Source of the DNA: an uncultured Oscillospiraceae bacterium
Lineage (GTDB): Bacteria; Bacillota; Clostridia; Oscillospirales; Oscillospiraceae
Assembly (NCBI GenBank): GCA_910588635.1
Contig: CAJUPW010000004.1
Coordinates: 29,823-93,822 of the forward strand
Reading direction: 5' to 3'
Length of the DNA: 64,000 bases
Positions 19,257 through 29,107 of the stretch are shown one piece after another. The position numbers and the translations under genes are program-made. Numbering within the stretch: position 1 is the first letter of the stretch; every line of letters begins with the position of its first letter. The notes below the pieces were generated by a model. That model saw nothing but the letters and a program-made list of their open reading frames with translations. It was not told the DNA's origin and did no database searches.

Positions 19257-19778
19257 TTACAGGCCGGACGCCCGCAACCGGTCCATGACCAGCCGGGCGG
19301 TCTGGAGCAGCTCCTGCCCGGGGAGGCAGTCCACGACCAGGTCGGCGTATTTGCAGTAAAGGGGCTGCCGGAAGGCCATCACGTCGGCCAGAGTCTGGCC
19401 CGGCTCCATGGCAATGCCCCGGGTGGACAGATTCTGGACCCGTCTTGTCAGCTCCTCCAGGGGCACCTGAAGGTATACCACCGGCCCCAGGCCCTTCAGA
19501 TGGAGGGCGGCGCCCTCCCGGCACACGGCGCTCCCCCCGGGGGCGATGACGGTGCGATGGCAGCGGAGGGTCTGCACGGCGGCCTCCTCGGCATCCAGGA
19601 AAGCGGCGGTTCCCCGGCTGTCCAGGATGTCCTGAAGCAGCGCCCCTTCCCGCTTCTGGATGAGCAGGTCCACATCCAGGAACTGATAGCCCAGCAGCTT
19701 GGCCAGCAGTACGCCCACCGTGCTCTTGCCCGAGCCCGGCATGCCGATGAGGGTCACGTTATCCAAAACCGTTCCCAA
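19257..19778 (-). CDS. aroK: Shikimate kinase
   Basis: GMPGSGKST, DVD, PGGS, R.PLY; start codon uncertain (TTG). Confidence 0.88.
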   Translation of the reverse strand: MGTVLDNVTLIGMPGSGKSTVGVLLAKLLGYQFLDVDLLIQKREGALLQDILDSRGTAAFLDAEEAAVQTLRCHRTVIAPGGSAVCREGAALHLKGLGPVVYLQVPLEELTRRVQNLSTRGIAMEPGQTLADVMAFRQPLYCKYADLVVDCLPGQELLQTARLVMDRLRASGL

Positions 19779-19913
19779 CCTTTACATACAAATTCATTCT
19801 ATAGTATAACACACTCGAACAAAAAAGAAAAGAGGGAAGCGGACGAAAAGGAGATGACAAACCGGGTAGAACGTGATATGATTCCCCATAGATTGAAAAC
19901 AGGAGAGAGAAAT

Positions 19914-21233
19914 ATGGACCTTTTGGCGGCGTTTGGCGTGTTTTTAGCCTGTGTAGCGGGGTGTATGGCCAGGGGGCTGTCCCTGGCCTGGGCGCTGCTG
20001 GCGGGCTTTTTCTGTTTTTTTGCGGTAGGGGTGCGCCGGGGAGCCCGGCCTCCCGCCCTGATGAAGATGGCGGCGTCCGGGATGGCCACATCCCTGAAGG
20101 TGCTGCGCATCCTTCTCCTGCTGGGCCTGCTCACCGCCCTGTGGCGGGCCGGAGGGACGGTGGCCTATTTTGTCTGGCTGGGGGTCCGGCTCATCACGCC
20201 GGGTACCTTTGTGCTGGTGGCCTTTCTGCTGTCCTCCGTCTTCAGCCTGGCTTTCGGAAGCTCCTTCGGCGTGGTGGGGACGGCCGGGGTCATCCTCATG
20301 ACCATCGCCCGCAGCGGCGGGGCCAGCCCGGCGGTGACGGCGGGAGCCATCATGTCGGGCATCTACTTTGGCGAGCGGCTGTCTCCTGCCTCCTCCTCGG
20401 CGGCGCTGGTGTCGGCGGTGGCGGGAGTGGATCAGCACGCCTTTCAGGTGCGGATGTGGAGAACCACCCCCGTTCCCTTTCTGGCCACCCTGGCCCTGTA
20501 CGGGGTTCTCTCTTTCCGGTTCCCCATTCAGCAGGTGGACGCCGGGATTGTGTCCGCTCTGGAGGAGGGGTTTTCCCTTACCTGGCCCGTCGTCCTGCCT
20601 GCGGCGGCTTTGCTGATCCTGCCCTGGGTAAAGCTGAGCGCCATGGCGTCCATCGCGGTGAGCTGTGTGCTGTCGGCGGGCTGCGCCCTGTTTGTCCAGC
20701 GCCTGCCTCCCGCTGAGCTGCTCCGGGCCTGTGTACTGGGTTACCGGCCCGCCTTGCCCGAGCTGGCGGAGCTGATGCGCGGAGGCGGACTGATCTCTAT
20801 GGTCGGCGTGTGTCTGATCGTGGTGCTGTCCTGCGCCTACTCCGGGATGTTCAACGGCACCGGCCTGCTGACCCCCGTGACCGACAGGGTGGGGCGGCTG
20901 ACGGACCATGCCGGCCTGTTCGGCGCCCATGCGGCGGTGTCCTTCGGCTGCTGCGCCCTGTTCTGCAACCAGACGGTGGGCATCGTCATGAGCGGCCAGC
21001 TGATGGAGGGGGAGTACCGCAAGCGGGGCCTGCCCGCCATGGATCTGGCGGAGAATATCGGCAACTCAGTGGTCAACCTGGCCGGGCTGGTGCCCTGGGC
21101 CATCGCGGTCACGGTGCCCCTTGCCACTATGGAGGTGAGTGCCGCCATCCTGCCTCTGTCCTTCTACCTGTATCTGCTGCCCCTGTGGTGCTGGTTCCGC
21201 GCCCTGAGACGAAATCTTCCAAAAAGCAATTGA
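19914..21233 (+). CDS. NhaC-family transporter
   Basis: GSSFGVVGTAG, GAIMSGIYFGERLSPASSS, LVPW; AGGAG RBS. Confidence 0.82.
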   Translation: MDLLAAFGVFLACVAGCMARGLSLAWALLAGFFCFFAVGVRRGARPPALMKMAASGMATSLKVLRILLLLGLLTALWRAGGTVAYFVWLGVRLITPGTFVLVAFLLSSVFSLAFGSSFGVVGTAGVILMTIARSGGASPAVTAGAIMSGIYFGERLSPASSSAALVSAVAGVDQHAFQVRMWRTTPVPFLATLALYGVLSFRFPIQQVDAGIVSALEEGFSLTWPVVLPAAALLILPWVKLSAMASIAVSCVLSAGCALFVQRLPPAELLRACVLGYRPALPELAELMRGGGLISMVGVCLIVVLSCAYSGMFNGTGLLTPVTDRVGRLTDHAGLFGAHAAVSFGCCALFCNQTVGIVMSGQLMEGEYRKRGLPAMDLAENIGNSVVNLAGLVPWAIAVTVPLATMEVSAAILPLSFYLYLLPLWCWFRALRRNLPKSN

Positions 21234-21340
21234 GTTTTTTGGAAAAATGCTGTATCATTACACTATTACCCACCGGGCGGGGCCCGGTCACGGCCCGTCC
21301 GGCAGGAGCGGAGGGGCCACGGAACCGGAAGGAGAGCAAT

Positions 21341-22234
21341 ATGAAGTTCCATATTGTCAGCGACAGCTCCTGTGATTTGGGACGCGAGGAAGCGGAGCGG
21401 CTGGGCGTATCCATGGTGTCTTTTTATGTGGCCATCGGGGATGAGACCTACTACCGGGAGGAGCGGGATATCTCCACCCAGGAATTTTACCGCCGTATGG
21501 CGCAGGCGCCCGGAGTGTTTCCCAAGACCTCCATGCCCACCATGGACGACTATCTGGAGGCATTCCGCCCGGCGGCGGCCCAGGGCCTGCCCATCCTGTG
21601 CATCTGCCTCAACGCCCGGTTCAGCGGCTCCTGCCAGTCGGCCCTCAACGCCGCGGAGGAGCTGCGGGAGGAGTATCCCCAGGCCCGGGTGGAGGTACTG
21701 GATTCCACTCTGGCCACCGTGCTCCAGGGCCTGTTCGTGCTGGAGGCGGCCCGCCTGCGGGATGAGGGCTGCACCCTGGAGGAGGCGGTGGAGCGGCTGA
21801 GGGCCATCCGTTCCACCGGGCGTATCTTTTTCACCACCGGCGACCTGGAGTACCTCCGCCACGGCGGCCGCATCGGCCGGGCGGCGGCGGCCACCGGGAC
21901 GCTGCTGAAGGTGAAGCCCCTCATCGGCTACAAGGACGGGGAGCTGATTTCCGACGGCATCGCCCAGGGGCGGAAGAAGTCGCTGGTCAAGGTGCGGGAG
22001 CTGTTTTTCCGCTACCTGCGGCGGGAGGAGATTGACCTGGACCAGTGGCGGACGGCCACAGGCTTCGGCCTGGACCGGGAGGAGCATACGGCTTTCGCCC
22101 AGGAGGTATATCAGGAGCTGCTGGACATGGGCTGGGACAGGCCCGAGGTGAGGCGCCCCTATCAGATCGGCGTGACCATCGGGGTCCATACCGGCCCCAC
22201 TCCCATCGGCGTGGGCCTGCTGCGCCGGGCCTGA
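21341..22234 (+). CDS. DegV-family fatty-acid binding protein
   Basis: SDSSCD, PKTS.P, L..GGRIG, LKVKP, VHTGP. Confidence 0.92.
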   Translation: MKFHIVSDSSCDLGREEAERLGVSMVSFYVAIGDETYYREERDISTQEFYRRMAQAPGVFPKTSMPTMDDYLEAFRPAAAQGLPILCICLNARFSGSCQSALNAAEELREEYPQARVEVLDSTLATVLQGLFVLEAARLRDEGCTLEEAVERLRAIRSTGRIFFTTGDLEYLRHGGRIGRAAAATGTLLKVKPLIGYKDGELISDGIAQGRKKSLVKVRELFFRYLRREEIDLDQWRTATGFGLDREEHTAFAQEVYQELLDMGWDRPEVRRPYQIGVTIGVHTGPTPIGVGLLRRA

Positions 22235-22241
22235 TATCGGC

Positions 22242-22285
22242 ACAGCGCCCCCGGCTTTTTAAGGCCGGGGGCGCTGTACGTTTTC
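22242..22285 (+). terminator. Intrinsic terminator
   Basis: ACAGCGCCCCCGGC...GCCGGGGGCGCTGT then ACGTTTT. Confidence 0.7.
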
Positions 22286-22411
22286 TGTTACAGGAAGGGG
22301 CCAAATATAGGGGGAATTGTAACGAATTTGTCACTTGAAATTTATTTCAAATGTGCTATCCTATTTAGGAAAGATTTCGACAGGTTCTGACCTGTCCCCG
22401 TTGGGAGGTGC

Positions 22412-23437
22412 TTGCGGGTGGCTAATTATCAGGGGAGGCGTGTCGCCCGAGGTCACCGGGTGGTCATTGCGTTGATTTTGGCGGCGGTGGTCCTGGTCGC
22501 GGCGGTGCTGCTCTGTCAGGGATACTGGAACAGGGCCGCCGGAGTTCCGGACGCCTCTCAGGGAGTAGGGCCGTCAGGCAGCGGCGCCGGGCCGGACATG
22601 TCCAGGCTGACGCCCCCGGAGAATACGCCCCCGGAGAATCAGCCGGACAGGCTGCCGGAGGATCGGCCGGACGACCCGCCGGAGGACAGCGTGCCCGAGG
22701 ATGCCCCCTACGACTTCTCCCAGCCCGTCCCCCAGGGGGAGGCGGTGGACAACAGCTACTTTGACGACGCCGCCTTCGTGGGGGACTCCCGTACCGACGG
22801 CTTTATGCTTTACAGCGGCATCGGGACGGGTAAGAATCTGACCTCAAACGGCCTGTCTATCTTCAAGCTGGCGGAGAAAAAGGCGCTGACCATCGGCGGC
22901 AAAAAATACACCTTGCTGGAGGCCCTGGGACTGGAGAGCTACGGTAAGGTCTACCTCTCGCTGGGGATCAATGAGCTGGGCGTCCACAATGATAAGGGCT
23001 TTTACACCAGCTACTGCGCCGCCATCGACGCCATCCGAGCGGTGCAGCCCAACGCGGTCATCTATATCCAGGGTCTGATCCCTCTGAACGAGAAGCAGAT
23101 TGAGGAGTACAACGGGAACAAGTACAACCTGACCAACGAGCACCTGCGGGTATACAACGACCTGATGCGCAAGGTGGCGGAGGAAAAGCAGGTGGCCTAC
23201 CTGGACCTGTATGGGGAGTTCGCCGACGAGAACGGCTCTCTGCCCGAGGGGGTCAGCCGGGACGGCGTACACCTGGTAAAGGACGCCTGCAAACAGTGGC
23301 TGGACTATCTGAAAACCCACACGGTGGAGTTTGACAGGCTGTACCCCCAGGGCTTGCCCGGAGCGGAGGAGCCGGGGGAGGCCATCGAGCCGGCCGGGCC
23401 GGATACATCAACGGAAGATGGAAGTGTGCAAGGATGA
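22412..23437 (+). CDS. Membrane-anchored SGNH/GDSL esterase-like protein
   Basis: N-terminal TM helix, Pro/acidic linker, FVGDSRT, LGINE, DGVHL. Confidence 0.85.
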   Translation: MRVANYQGRRVARGHRVVIALILAAVVLVAAVLLCQGYWNRAAGVPDASQGVGPSGSGAGPDMSRLTPPENTPPENQPDRLPEDRPDDPPEDSVPEDAPYDFSQPVPQGEAVDNSYFDDAAFVGDSRTDGFMLYSGIGTGKNLTSNGLSIFKLAEKKALTIGGKKYTLLEALGLESYGKVYLSLGINELGVHNDKGFYTSYCAAIDAIRAVQPNAVIYIQGLIPLNEKQIEEYNGNKYNLTNEHLRVYNDLMRKVAEEKQVAYLDLYGEFADENGSLPEGVSRDGVHLVKDACKQWLDYLKTHTVEFDRLYPQGLPGAEEPGEAIEPAGPDTSTEDGSVQG

Positions 23438-23913
23438 AAAAACTGCTGACTGTTACCCTGGCCCTGGCTCTGACGCTGGGCCTGACCTCCTGCGGCGGGA
23501 AAGAGAACGACGCGCCCCTTTACAACGCCGCCGACGTGACCGCCATTGATGGGGCGGGGGCCTTTGACGCGGACCTCTATGATTTGGAGGGATTGGACGC
23601 GGATATTGCCTTTATGCTGTATCGGTTGGAGGAGGCCGGCCTGGAGCGAGAGGACCTGACGAGCTGCTCCGGACGCCGCTCCGCCGGGGCCACCTGCGAG
23701 GAGGCGGTGGTGCTGGTTTTTACTGACAGCGACAAGGCCGAGACCGCGGTGGACGCCTTGAAAGACTACATCCAGCACCAGATTGACGAAAATACGGACT
23801 ACCGCCCCGCCGAGATTCCTAAGCTGGAGAACGCTTACATTGACCGGCGGGGGGAGAGTGTTCTGATGGTGGTGGCCAGCGACATCGACGCAGCAAAAAA
23901 AGCAGTGGAATAG
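23434..23913 (+). CDS. DUF4358-like lipoprotein
   Basis: Lipobox LTSC; Y.P.E..KL..A motif; ATGA overlap. Confidence 0.75.
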   Translation: MKKLLTVTLALALTLGLTSCGGKENDAPLYNAADVTAIDGAGAFDADLYDLEGLDADIAFMLYRLEEAGLEREDLTSCSGRRSAGATCEEAVVLVFTDSDKAETAVDALKDYIQHQIDENTDYRPAEIPKLENAYIDRRGESVLMVVASDIDAAKKAVE

Positions 23914-23947
23914 CAAAAATCCCGGCCGATGGCCGGGATTTTTTTGC
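23913..23947. terminator. Bidirectional terminator
   Basis: AAAAATCCCGGCC-GAT-GGCCGGGATTTTTTT. Confidence 0.85.
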
Positions 23948-25192
23948 TTACCCGAAGATGAGGGGCAGGACATTGAGGAAGATGGTGATAATGATGCCGT
24001 TGAAGAAGTCGATGAACAGCGACCCCACCAGAGGGACGATGAAGAATGCCTGAGGCGCGGGGCCGTGGCGCTTGGTGATGGCCTGCATGTTGGCCATGGC
24101 GTTGGGGGTGGCGCCCATGCCGAAGCCGCAGAAGGCGGAGGTCATGACGGCGGCCTCGTAGTCCCGGCCCATGGCGTTGAACACCACGAAGCGGGCGAAG
24201 AAGAACATCAGCACCACCTGGGCGGCCAGCATGACCACCATGGGGCCGGCCAGCGAGGCCAGCTCCCACAGCTTCAGGGACATGAGGGCGATGGCCAGGA
24301 AGATGGACAGGGACACATTGCCCCACATGTCGATGGCCTTGGCGGGCAGGACGATGCGCTTGGCGTCGCAGAAGTTGCGGATGATGGCGGCGATGACCAT
24401 GGCGCCGATGTAGGTGGGGAAGGTGAACTGGATGTCCCGGCCAAAGACGGTGATATGGATGTTGTTAAAGGCGGCGGTGAGGATGGTGCCGATGCCGGAG
24501 GCCACGGCCAGCAGGATAAAGGCGTTGGTGAAGGAGTCGATGTCCATCCGTTCGGCCTTGGCCTTCTCAGCGGAGGACTGGCCGTCCATTTCCTCTATTT
24601 CCGCCTCATTCTCAGTGGAGGTCAGCCCTCTGCGGACGATGATGCTCCGGGCGGTGGGGCCGCCCATGAGGGAGCCGGCCACCAGACCGAAGGTAGCGGA
24701 GGCCATTGCCAGCACCTGGGAGCCGGCGATGCCCATTTTTTCCATGGTGTCGCCGTAGGAGCCGGCGGTGCCGTGTCCGCCCACCATGGGGATGGAGCCG
24801 GTGCACAGGCCCAGCCGGGGATCCCACTGGAAGACCACGGCCAGCAAGGAGCTGATCAGGTCCTGGAGAATGACCATCACAATGGCGATGGCCAGGAAAG
24901 TGAACACCTTTTTGCCGCCCTTTTTCAGCAGGCGGAAGCAGGCGGTGTAGCCCACGCTGGTGAAAAACAGGGTCATAAAGTAGTTTTTCACGTTCTCGTC
25001 AAAGGACAGGGCCAGCACACCGGCCATGTACAGGCCCAGGTGGACGATGGCGAAGATCAGGCCGCCCACCACCGGGGCGGGGATACAGCAGCGCTTCAAA
25101 AAGTCGATGCGGTCGGTGAGGAAGCGGCCCAGCACGAACAGGAGCATGGCGATGCCCGCCGTCTGGTACATGTTCAGGGTGTACGTTAACAT
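23948..25192 (-). CDS. gltS: Sodium/glutamate symporter
   Basis: IPAPVVGG, GGHGTA, ATFGLVAG, CGFGMGATPNAMANM, VPLVGSLFID. Confidence 0.92.
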   Translation of the reverse strand: MLTYTLNMYQTAGIAMLLFVLGRFLTDRIDFLKRCCIPAPVVGGLIFAIVHLGLYMAGVLALSFDENVKNYFMTLFFTSVGYTACFRLLKKGGKKVFTFLAIAIVMVILQDLISSLLAVVFQWDPRLGLCTGSIPMVGGHGTAGSYGDTMEKMGIAGSQVLAMASATFGLVAGSLMGGPTARSIIVRRGLTSTENEAEIEEMDGQSSAEKAKAERMDIDSFTNAFILLAVASGIGTILTAAFNNIHITVFGRDIQFTFPTYIGAMVIAAIIRNFCDAKRIVLPAKAIDMWGNVSLSIFLAIALMSLKLWELASLAGPMVVMLAAQVVLMFFFARFVVFNAMGRDYEAAVMTSAFCGFGMGATPNAMANMQAITKRHGPAPQAFFIVPLVGSLFIDFFNGIIITIFLNVLPLIFG

Positions 25193-25334
25193 GGTTCTCT
25201 CCTTCTTTCTCCTTGCGTTAGGACCGGGTATTCCGCCGGCCGGTCCCGATTTTCGAAGAAATTCTATGGTCCCGCCGTCAAAAAGTTTCAAATTGTATCG
25301 GGAGAAAATAAAGTTCTCTTAAAATAACAAAGAA

Positions 25335-25350
25335 TTTTGCCTTATTTTGT
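25335..25350. promoter_or_regulatory. Candidate GlnL-type binding direct repeat
   Basis: TTTTGC-N4-TTTTGT in the gltS upstream region. Confidence 0.45.
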
Positions 25351-25415
25351 ATGTTTTTCACAAAAAAGAGGCGCTCTCACCTAAAAAAACGCCGCCGGCG
25401 AGGCGGCGGCGAAAA

Positions 25416-26252
25416 TCAGTCCTCCTCTACCAGGATATTCAGCCCGTCTAAAAATTTTTTCAGGCTGGCCCTGCCACGGGGGCCTTTCCCTTGCTGAAAG
25501 GCCATTTCGGCCCGGACCTCGTGAAAGGGGAAGAGGCGGGAGGCGTAGCGGAGAAAGTATTCGTTGTTGTAGTCCTCCAGCCCCAGGCTGGCGATGTGGC
25601 CCAGACCCCGCTCCACCGCCCGGCGGATGCGCTGTTCGGTAGACTTGGGCGGGCCTGGGAGCCGGGCGCACAGGGCGGACACCCCCGTCTGGGACACGTT
25701 GCTTCCCTCCTCCAGCAGAATCAGGCATAGGTCGGTGATGTCCTTGGACCCCTTCTCTCCCGCCATGCCCAGTTGGCTGAGAATGTGGGTCAGCTTGCGC
25801 CGGCGGAGCTGGGCCGGGTCGGGCCGGGAGGCGGGGGCCTCCCGGCCGGCAAAGACGCTTTGAATGGTTTTCAGGGCCCGCTCGTTTTCAATCTGACTCT
25901 TCACGTTGGAGATGATCTGGCGGACCTCGATGAGATTGATAGGCTTTTGGATAAAGAACTCCACCCCGGCGGTGTATGCCTTGGCGATCATCTCCTTGGC
26001 GGACACCTGGGAGATCATGATGAATTTAGCCCCGCAGCCCCGCTCCTTCAGCTCCCGGACGATCTGAATGCCGTCCTTGCCGGGCATGAGCAGGTCAATG
26101 AGAATCAGGTCGGGGTTCAGGGACAGAATCTGGTTCAGATCGGGCGGGCCGTCGCCGGTGTCTCCGCAGAGACTGCCCAGGCCGCTGCCCTCCACGATGT
26201 CCTCCAGAATGCCGATGACCGAGATGTCGTCCTCAATGATGAATATTTTCAT
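25416..26252 (-). CDS. Response regulator, GlnL/YcbB type
   Basis: REC domain (IDLLMP..DG), LGMAGEKGSKDI, EQRIRR, LASLGLEDY-like YcbB domain. Confidence 0.85.
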   Translation of the reverse strand: MKIFIIEDDISVIGILEDIVEGSGLGSLCGDTGDGPPDLNQILSLNPDLILIDLLMPGKDGIQIVRELKERGCGAKFIMISQVSAKEMIAKAYTAGVEFFIQKPINLIEVRQIISNVKSQIENERALKTIQSVFAGREAPASRPDPAQLRRRKLTHILSQLGMAGEKGSKDITDLCLILLEEGSNVSQTGVSALCARLPGPPKSTEQRIRRAVERGLGHIASLGLEDYNNEYFLRYASRLFPFHEVRAEMAFQQGKGPRGRASLKKFLDGLNILVEED

Positions 26253-27537
26253 GTTGTTCCCCTCCTGTAACAGCGTTCAGCGGCAGCTCCACAAAAAACG
26301 TGGTGCCCGTCCCGGGTTCGGATTCCACCCGGAGTTCGCCTCCCAGCTCGTCCACAATGTACCGGACAGCTGGCAGGCCTACCCCTCGGTTGATATCCCC
26401 AGTGGCCTGGTTGAACTTGGTGGAATAGCCCACCTGGAACAGCATTTTCATGGCTCGGGGCGGGATGCCGGGGCCGTCGTCCGCCACGGTGAGCCGGAGG
26501 CGGTCCCCCTGTGGGGTCAGCTCCACCCGGACCTTTCCCTGGCCCCGGTCGGCCAGAATGGCCTCCGCCGCATTGGTGACCAGGTTTTTCAGTACCGACA
26601 GCAGCCGGTAGTGCTCCCGAATGGGAATGTCCCGGTCTAGGCGGCATTCCAGCCGGATGTCTCCCCGGTGCTCCTCCAGAAATTGCCGGGTAGATACCTC
26701 CAGGATGCTCAGCAGGTCGGACAGGCTCATGGACTGGTGGTCGTAGGCCTCGGCCACGTCCTCCTCCAGCCCACGGATAATGCGCAGGTTGTCCTTTTTC
26801 ACCTCGTGGACGTCCCGGGCGATGGACAGGGCCAGGGCGGTGAGCTCCTCCTGTCCCTCCAGCCGCTCGTAGAGCCGGTAAGCGTTGGACATGACCCCCT
26901 CGATGTCCTCGGCGTCCTTCTTTAGAAAGTACAGCTCGGTTTTCAGATTGGCCGTCATGAGAAAGAGCCGCCGGTAGCGCCGCTCGTGCTCGGAGCGGAG
27001 GAGGAGCTGCCGGTAGCCCTGTCCCGCCCACAGGATGGCGCAGGCGGTGAGGGAGCGCACCAGGGCCACCCCCGCCAGCGGCAGGACGGCGGGCAGAGTG
27101 GTAAAGCGGCTGGACAGCCACAGGTTGAGCAGGTTGGAGAGAAAGTCGTACAGCCACAGAGAGAGGGCCAGCCAGGGGGGAGAGGGAACCTGGCGCAGCC
27201 GGAAAGACAGGCGGAGGAGAGCGTCGTAGCACAGGTAGAACACCCCGCCGGGGTACTCGATGAGCAGGGCGCGGGTCAGGGACATGTCCCCCAGCAGGTC
27301 GAAGGCAATCCGGATGAACAGAACGCACAGCCCGGTGACCAGGCCGGTGTCGGGCCAGCGGCGGTCCCGTGTCAGGGCGATGAGTAAGACAGGATAGAGA
27401 ATGGCGGCGGCGGACACCCGGAAGCCCTCCGCCCACAGGGACAGGTAGACCTGGCTGGTGAGGGCCACTACCACCCCGATGAGCAGCTGCCGCTGCCAGA
27501 GGGTCAGCCGCAGATCGCGATACTTTACCGGCTCCAT
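26233..27537 (-). CDS. Membrane sensor histidine kinase, GlnK/YcbA type
   Basis: TM N-terminus; DVHEVKKD, NLVTNA, DDGPGI, GYSTK, RGVGL. Confidence 0.85.
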   Translation of the reverse strand: MEPVKYRDLRLTLWQRQLLIGVVVALTSQVYLSLWAEGFRVSAAAILYPVLLIALTRDRRWPDTGLVTGLCVLFIRIAFDLLGDMSLTRALLIEYPGGVFYLCYDALLRLSFRLRQVPSPPWLALSLWLYDFLSNLLNLWLSSRFTTLPAVLPLAGVALVRSLTACAILWAGQGYRQLLLRSEHERRYRRLFLMTANLKTELYFLKKDAEDIEGVMSNAYRLYERLEGQEELTALALSIARDVHEVKKDNLRIIRGLEEDVAEAYDHQSMSLSDLLSILEVSTRQFLEEHRGDIRLECRLDRDIPIREHYRLLSVLKNLVTNAAEAILADRGQGKVRVELTPQGDRLRLTVADDGPGIPPRAMKMLFQVGYSTKFNQATGDINRGVGLPAVRYIVDELGGELRVESEPGTGTTFFVELPLNAVTGGEQHENIHH

Positions 27538-27639
27538 GGAACGCGCCTCCTCTCCGAGATCGTTACCTCTATCATAAGGTATTTTGAGGCGGTTTGCAAC
27601 AAAAAAGAACACCCGGCCGGGTGCTCTTTTTTGATTTGA

Positions 27640-27996
27640 TTAAGCCAGGGCCTTCTTGGCGGTGTCGGTAAGCTGGGCAAAGGCGGCCTTGTCGTTGACG
27701 GCCATTTCAGAGAGCATCTTGCGGTTGATAACGATGCCGGCCTTCTTCAGCCCGTTCATGAAGGTGGAGTAGTTCATGCCGTTCATCTTGCAGCCGGCGC
27801 TGATGCGGGTGATCCACAGCTGGCGGAAGTCGCGCTTCTTCAGCTTGCGGCCGGTGTAGGCGTAAACGCCGGACTTCATCACGGCCTGGTTGGCCATCTT
27901 GAAGTGCTTGGACTTGGAACCCCAGTAGCCCTTGGCCATCTTGAGAATCTTGTTTCTTCTCTTGCGCGTCATCATCGCGCCTTTCACTCTTGCCAT
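27640..27996 (-). CDS. rplT: 50S ribosomal protein L20
   Basis: [26 protein letters not shown]. Confidence 0.98.
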   Translation of the reverse strand: MARVKGAMMTRKRRNKILKMAKGYWGSKSKHFKMANQAVMKSGVYAYTGRKLKKRDFRQLWITRISAGCKMNGMNYSTFMNGLKKAGIVINRKMLSEMAVNDKAAFAQLTDTAKKALA

Positions 27997-28017
27997 TGTT
28001 CGTTCCCTCCCTCTGTC

Positions 28018-28230
28018 TTACTTGTACAGGATCATGCGCTTGACGGCGGCCTCGTTGGTCTTGTCAGCGATGGTGGTGCCGCGCAGGGCACGCTTCAGCT
28101 TGGTGGTCTTGCCGTGGCCGTTGAGCAGGTGACGCTTCTTGGTCATGGCCCGTTTGACCTTGCCTGTGCCGGTCAGAGAGAAACGCTTTTTGGCGCCGCT
28201 GTGGGTCTTGATTTTAATTTTCTTCGCCAT
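28018..28230 (-). CDS. rpmI: 50S ribosomal protein L35
   Basis: KTHSGAKKRF..TGTGK, HLL. Confidence 0.97.
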   Translation of the reverse strand: MAKKIKIKTHSGAKKRFSLTGTGKVKRAMTKKRHLLNGHGKTTKLKRALRGTTIADKTNEAAVKRMILYK

Positions 28231-28256
28231 AACAGTTTAATCTCCTTTACTTGTAG

Positions 28257-28784
28257 TTACTTTTTGTCCTTGACGGGCTTGGGAGAGAGGAATATGGACA
28301 TATGCCGGCCCTCCAGTTTGGGGGACTTGTCCATCACGGCGGTCTCGCCGCACTCCTCAGCGAATTTGAGCAGCAGGTCCTGACCGATGTTGGTGTGGGC
28401 CATCTCCCGACCGCGGAAGCGGACGGTGACCTTGCACCGATTGCCCTCGGAGAGGAACTTCTGGGCGTTGCGCAGCTTTACGTTAAAGTCGTTCACGTCG
28501 ATGCTGGGAGACATGCGAATCTCCTTGATCTCCACCACCCGCTGGTTCTTGCGGGCTTCCTTCTCGCGCTTGGTCTGCTCGAACCGATACTTGCCGTAGT
28601 CCATAAGCTTACACACGGGGGGGACGGCAGTGGGGGAGATCTTGACCAGATCCAAATTGCGTTCCTCGGCCAGGCGCAAGGCCTCCTGGGAGGACATGAT
28701 GCCCAGCTGCTCGCCGGAGTCAGAGATCAGGCGGACCTCTTTGTCTCGAATCTCTTCATTGGTTTGATGACCTGTATTAGCGAT
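28257..28784 (-). CDS. infC: Translation initiation factor IF-3 (ATC start)
   Basis: NEEIR..EVRLI, LDLV, CKLMDYGK, FRGRE; GGAGG 8 nt before ATC. Confidence 0.95.
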   Translation of the reverse strand: MANTGHQTNEEIRDKEVRLISDSGEQLGIMSSQEALRLAEERNLDLVKISPTAVPPVCKLMDYGKYRFEQTKREKEARKNQRVVEIKEIRMSPSIDVNDFNVKLRNAQKFLSEGNRCKVTVRFRGREMAHTNIGQDLLLKFAEECGETAVMDKSPKLEGRHMSIFLSPKPVKDKK

Positions 28785-28799
28785 GGGAAGCACCTCCAG

Positions 28800-28938
28800 A
28801 CAAAATGAAATGTGGGTTGCCGGTAAGGCCCCCACATCACAGCAAAACAACGCCGGCAATCCGGCACCGTTACTTCCATGTTGACCCTTTGGCGCTGGCC
28901 TGGGGTGAGGACGGGGGAACCGTACCTACTTTCTTGTG
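28800..28938 (-). ncRNA. L20 ribosomal protein leader
   Basis: Upstream of infC-rpmI-rplT; AAGTAG..CCCGTCCTCACC then ATGTGGG..CCCACATTTCATTTT hairpin; ends approximate. Confidence 0.75.
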
Positions 28939-28946
28939 CACTGCGC

Positions 28947-28975
28947 ATTATAGCATCAGGGAGAGAGGCTGTCAA
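28947..28975 (-). promoter_or_regulatory. Sigma-A promoter of infC operon
   Basis: TTGACA-N17-TATAAT with extended TG. Confidence 0.9.
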
Positions 28976-29064
28976 GGGGAAATTCAGGAGTTTTCGGGGA
29001 AATTTTCCTAAAATCCGTCAGAATGATTTACATAACGATAAAACATAAAAGCGCTATCAAAAAG

Positions 29065-29107
29065 TTTTACACATTTTCCACAGGTTTGTCCACATGGGTG
29101 CGGAAAA
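29065..29107. promoter_or_regulatory. Cluster of four DnaA-box-like 9-mers
   Basis: TTTTACACA, TTTTCCACA, TTGTCCACA and inverted TTTTCCGCA. Confidence 0.6.
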
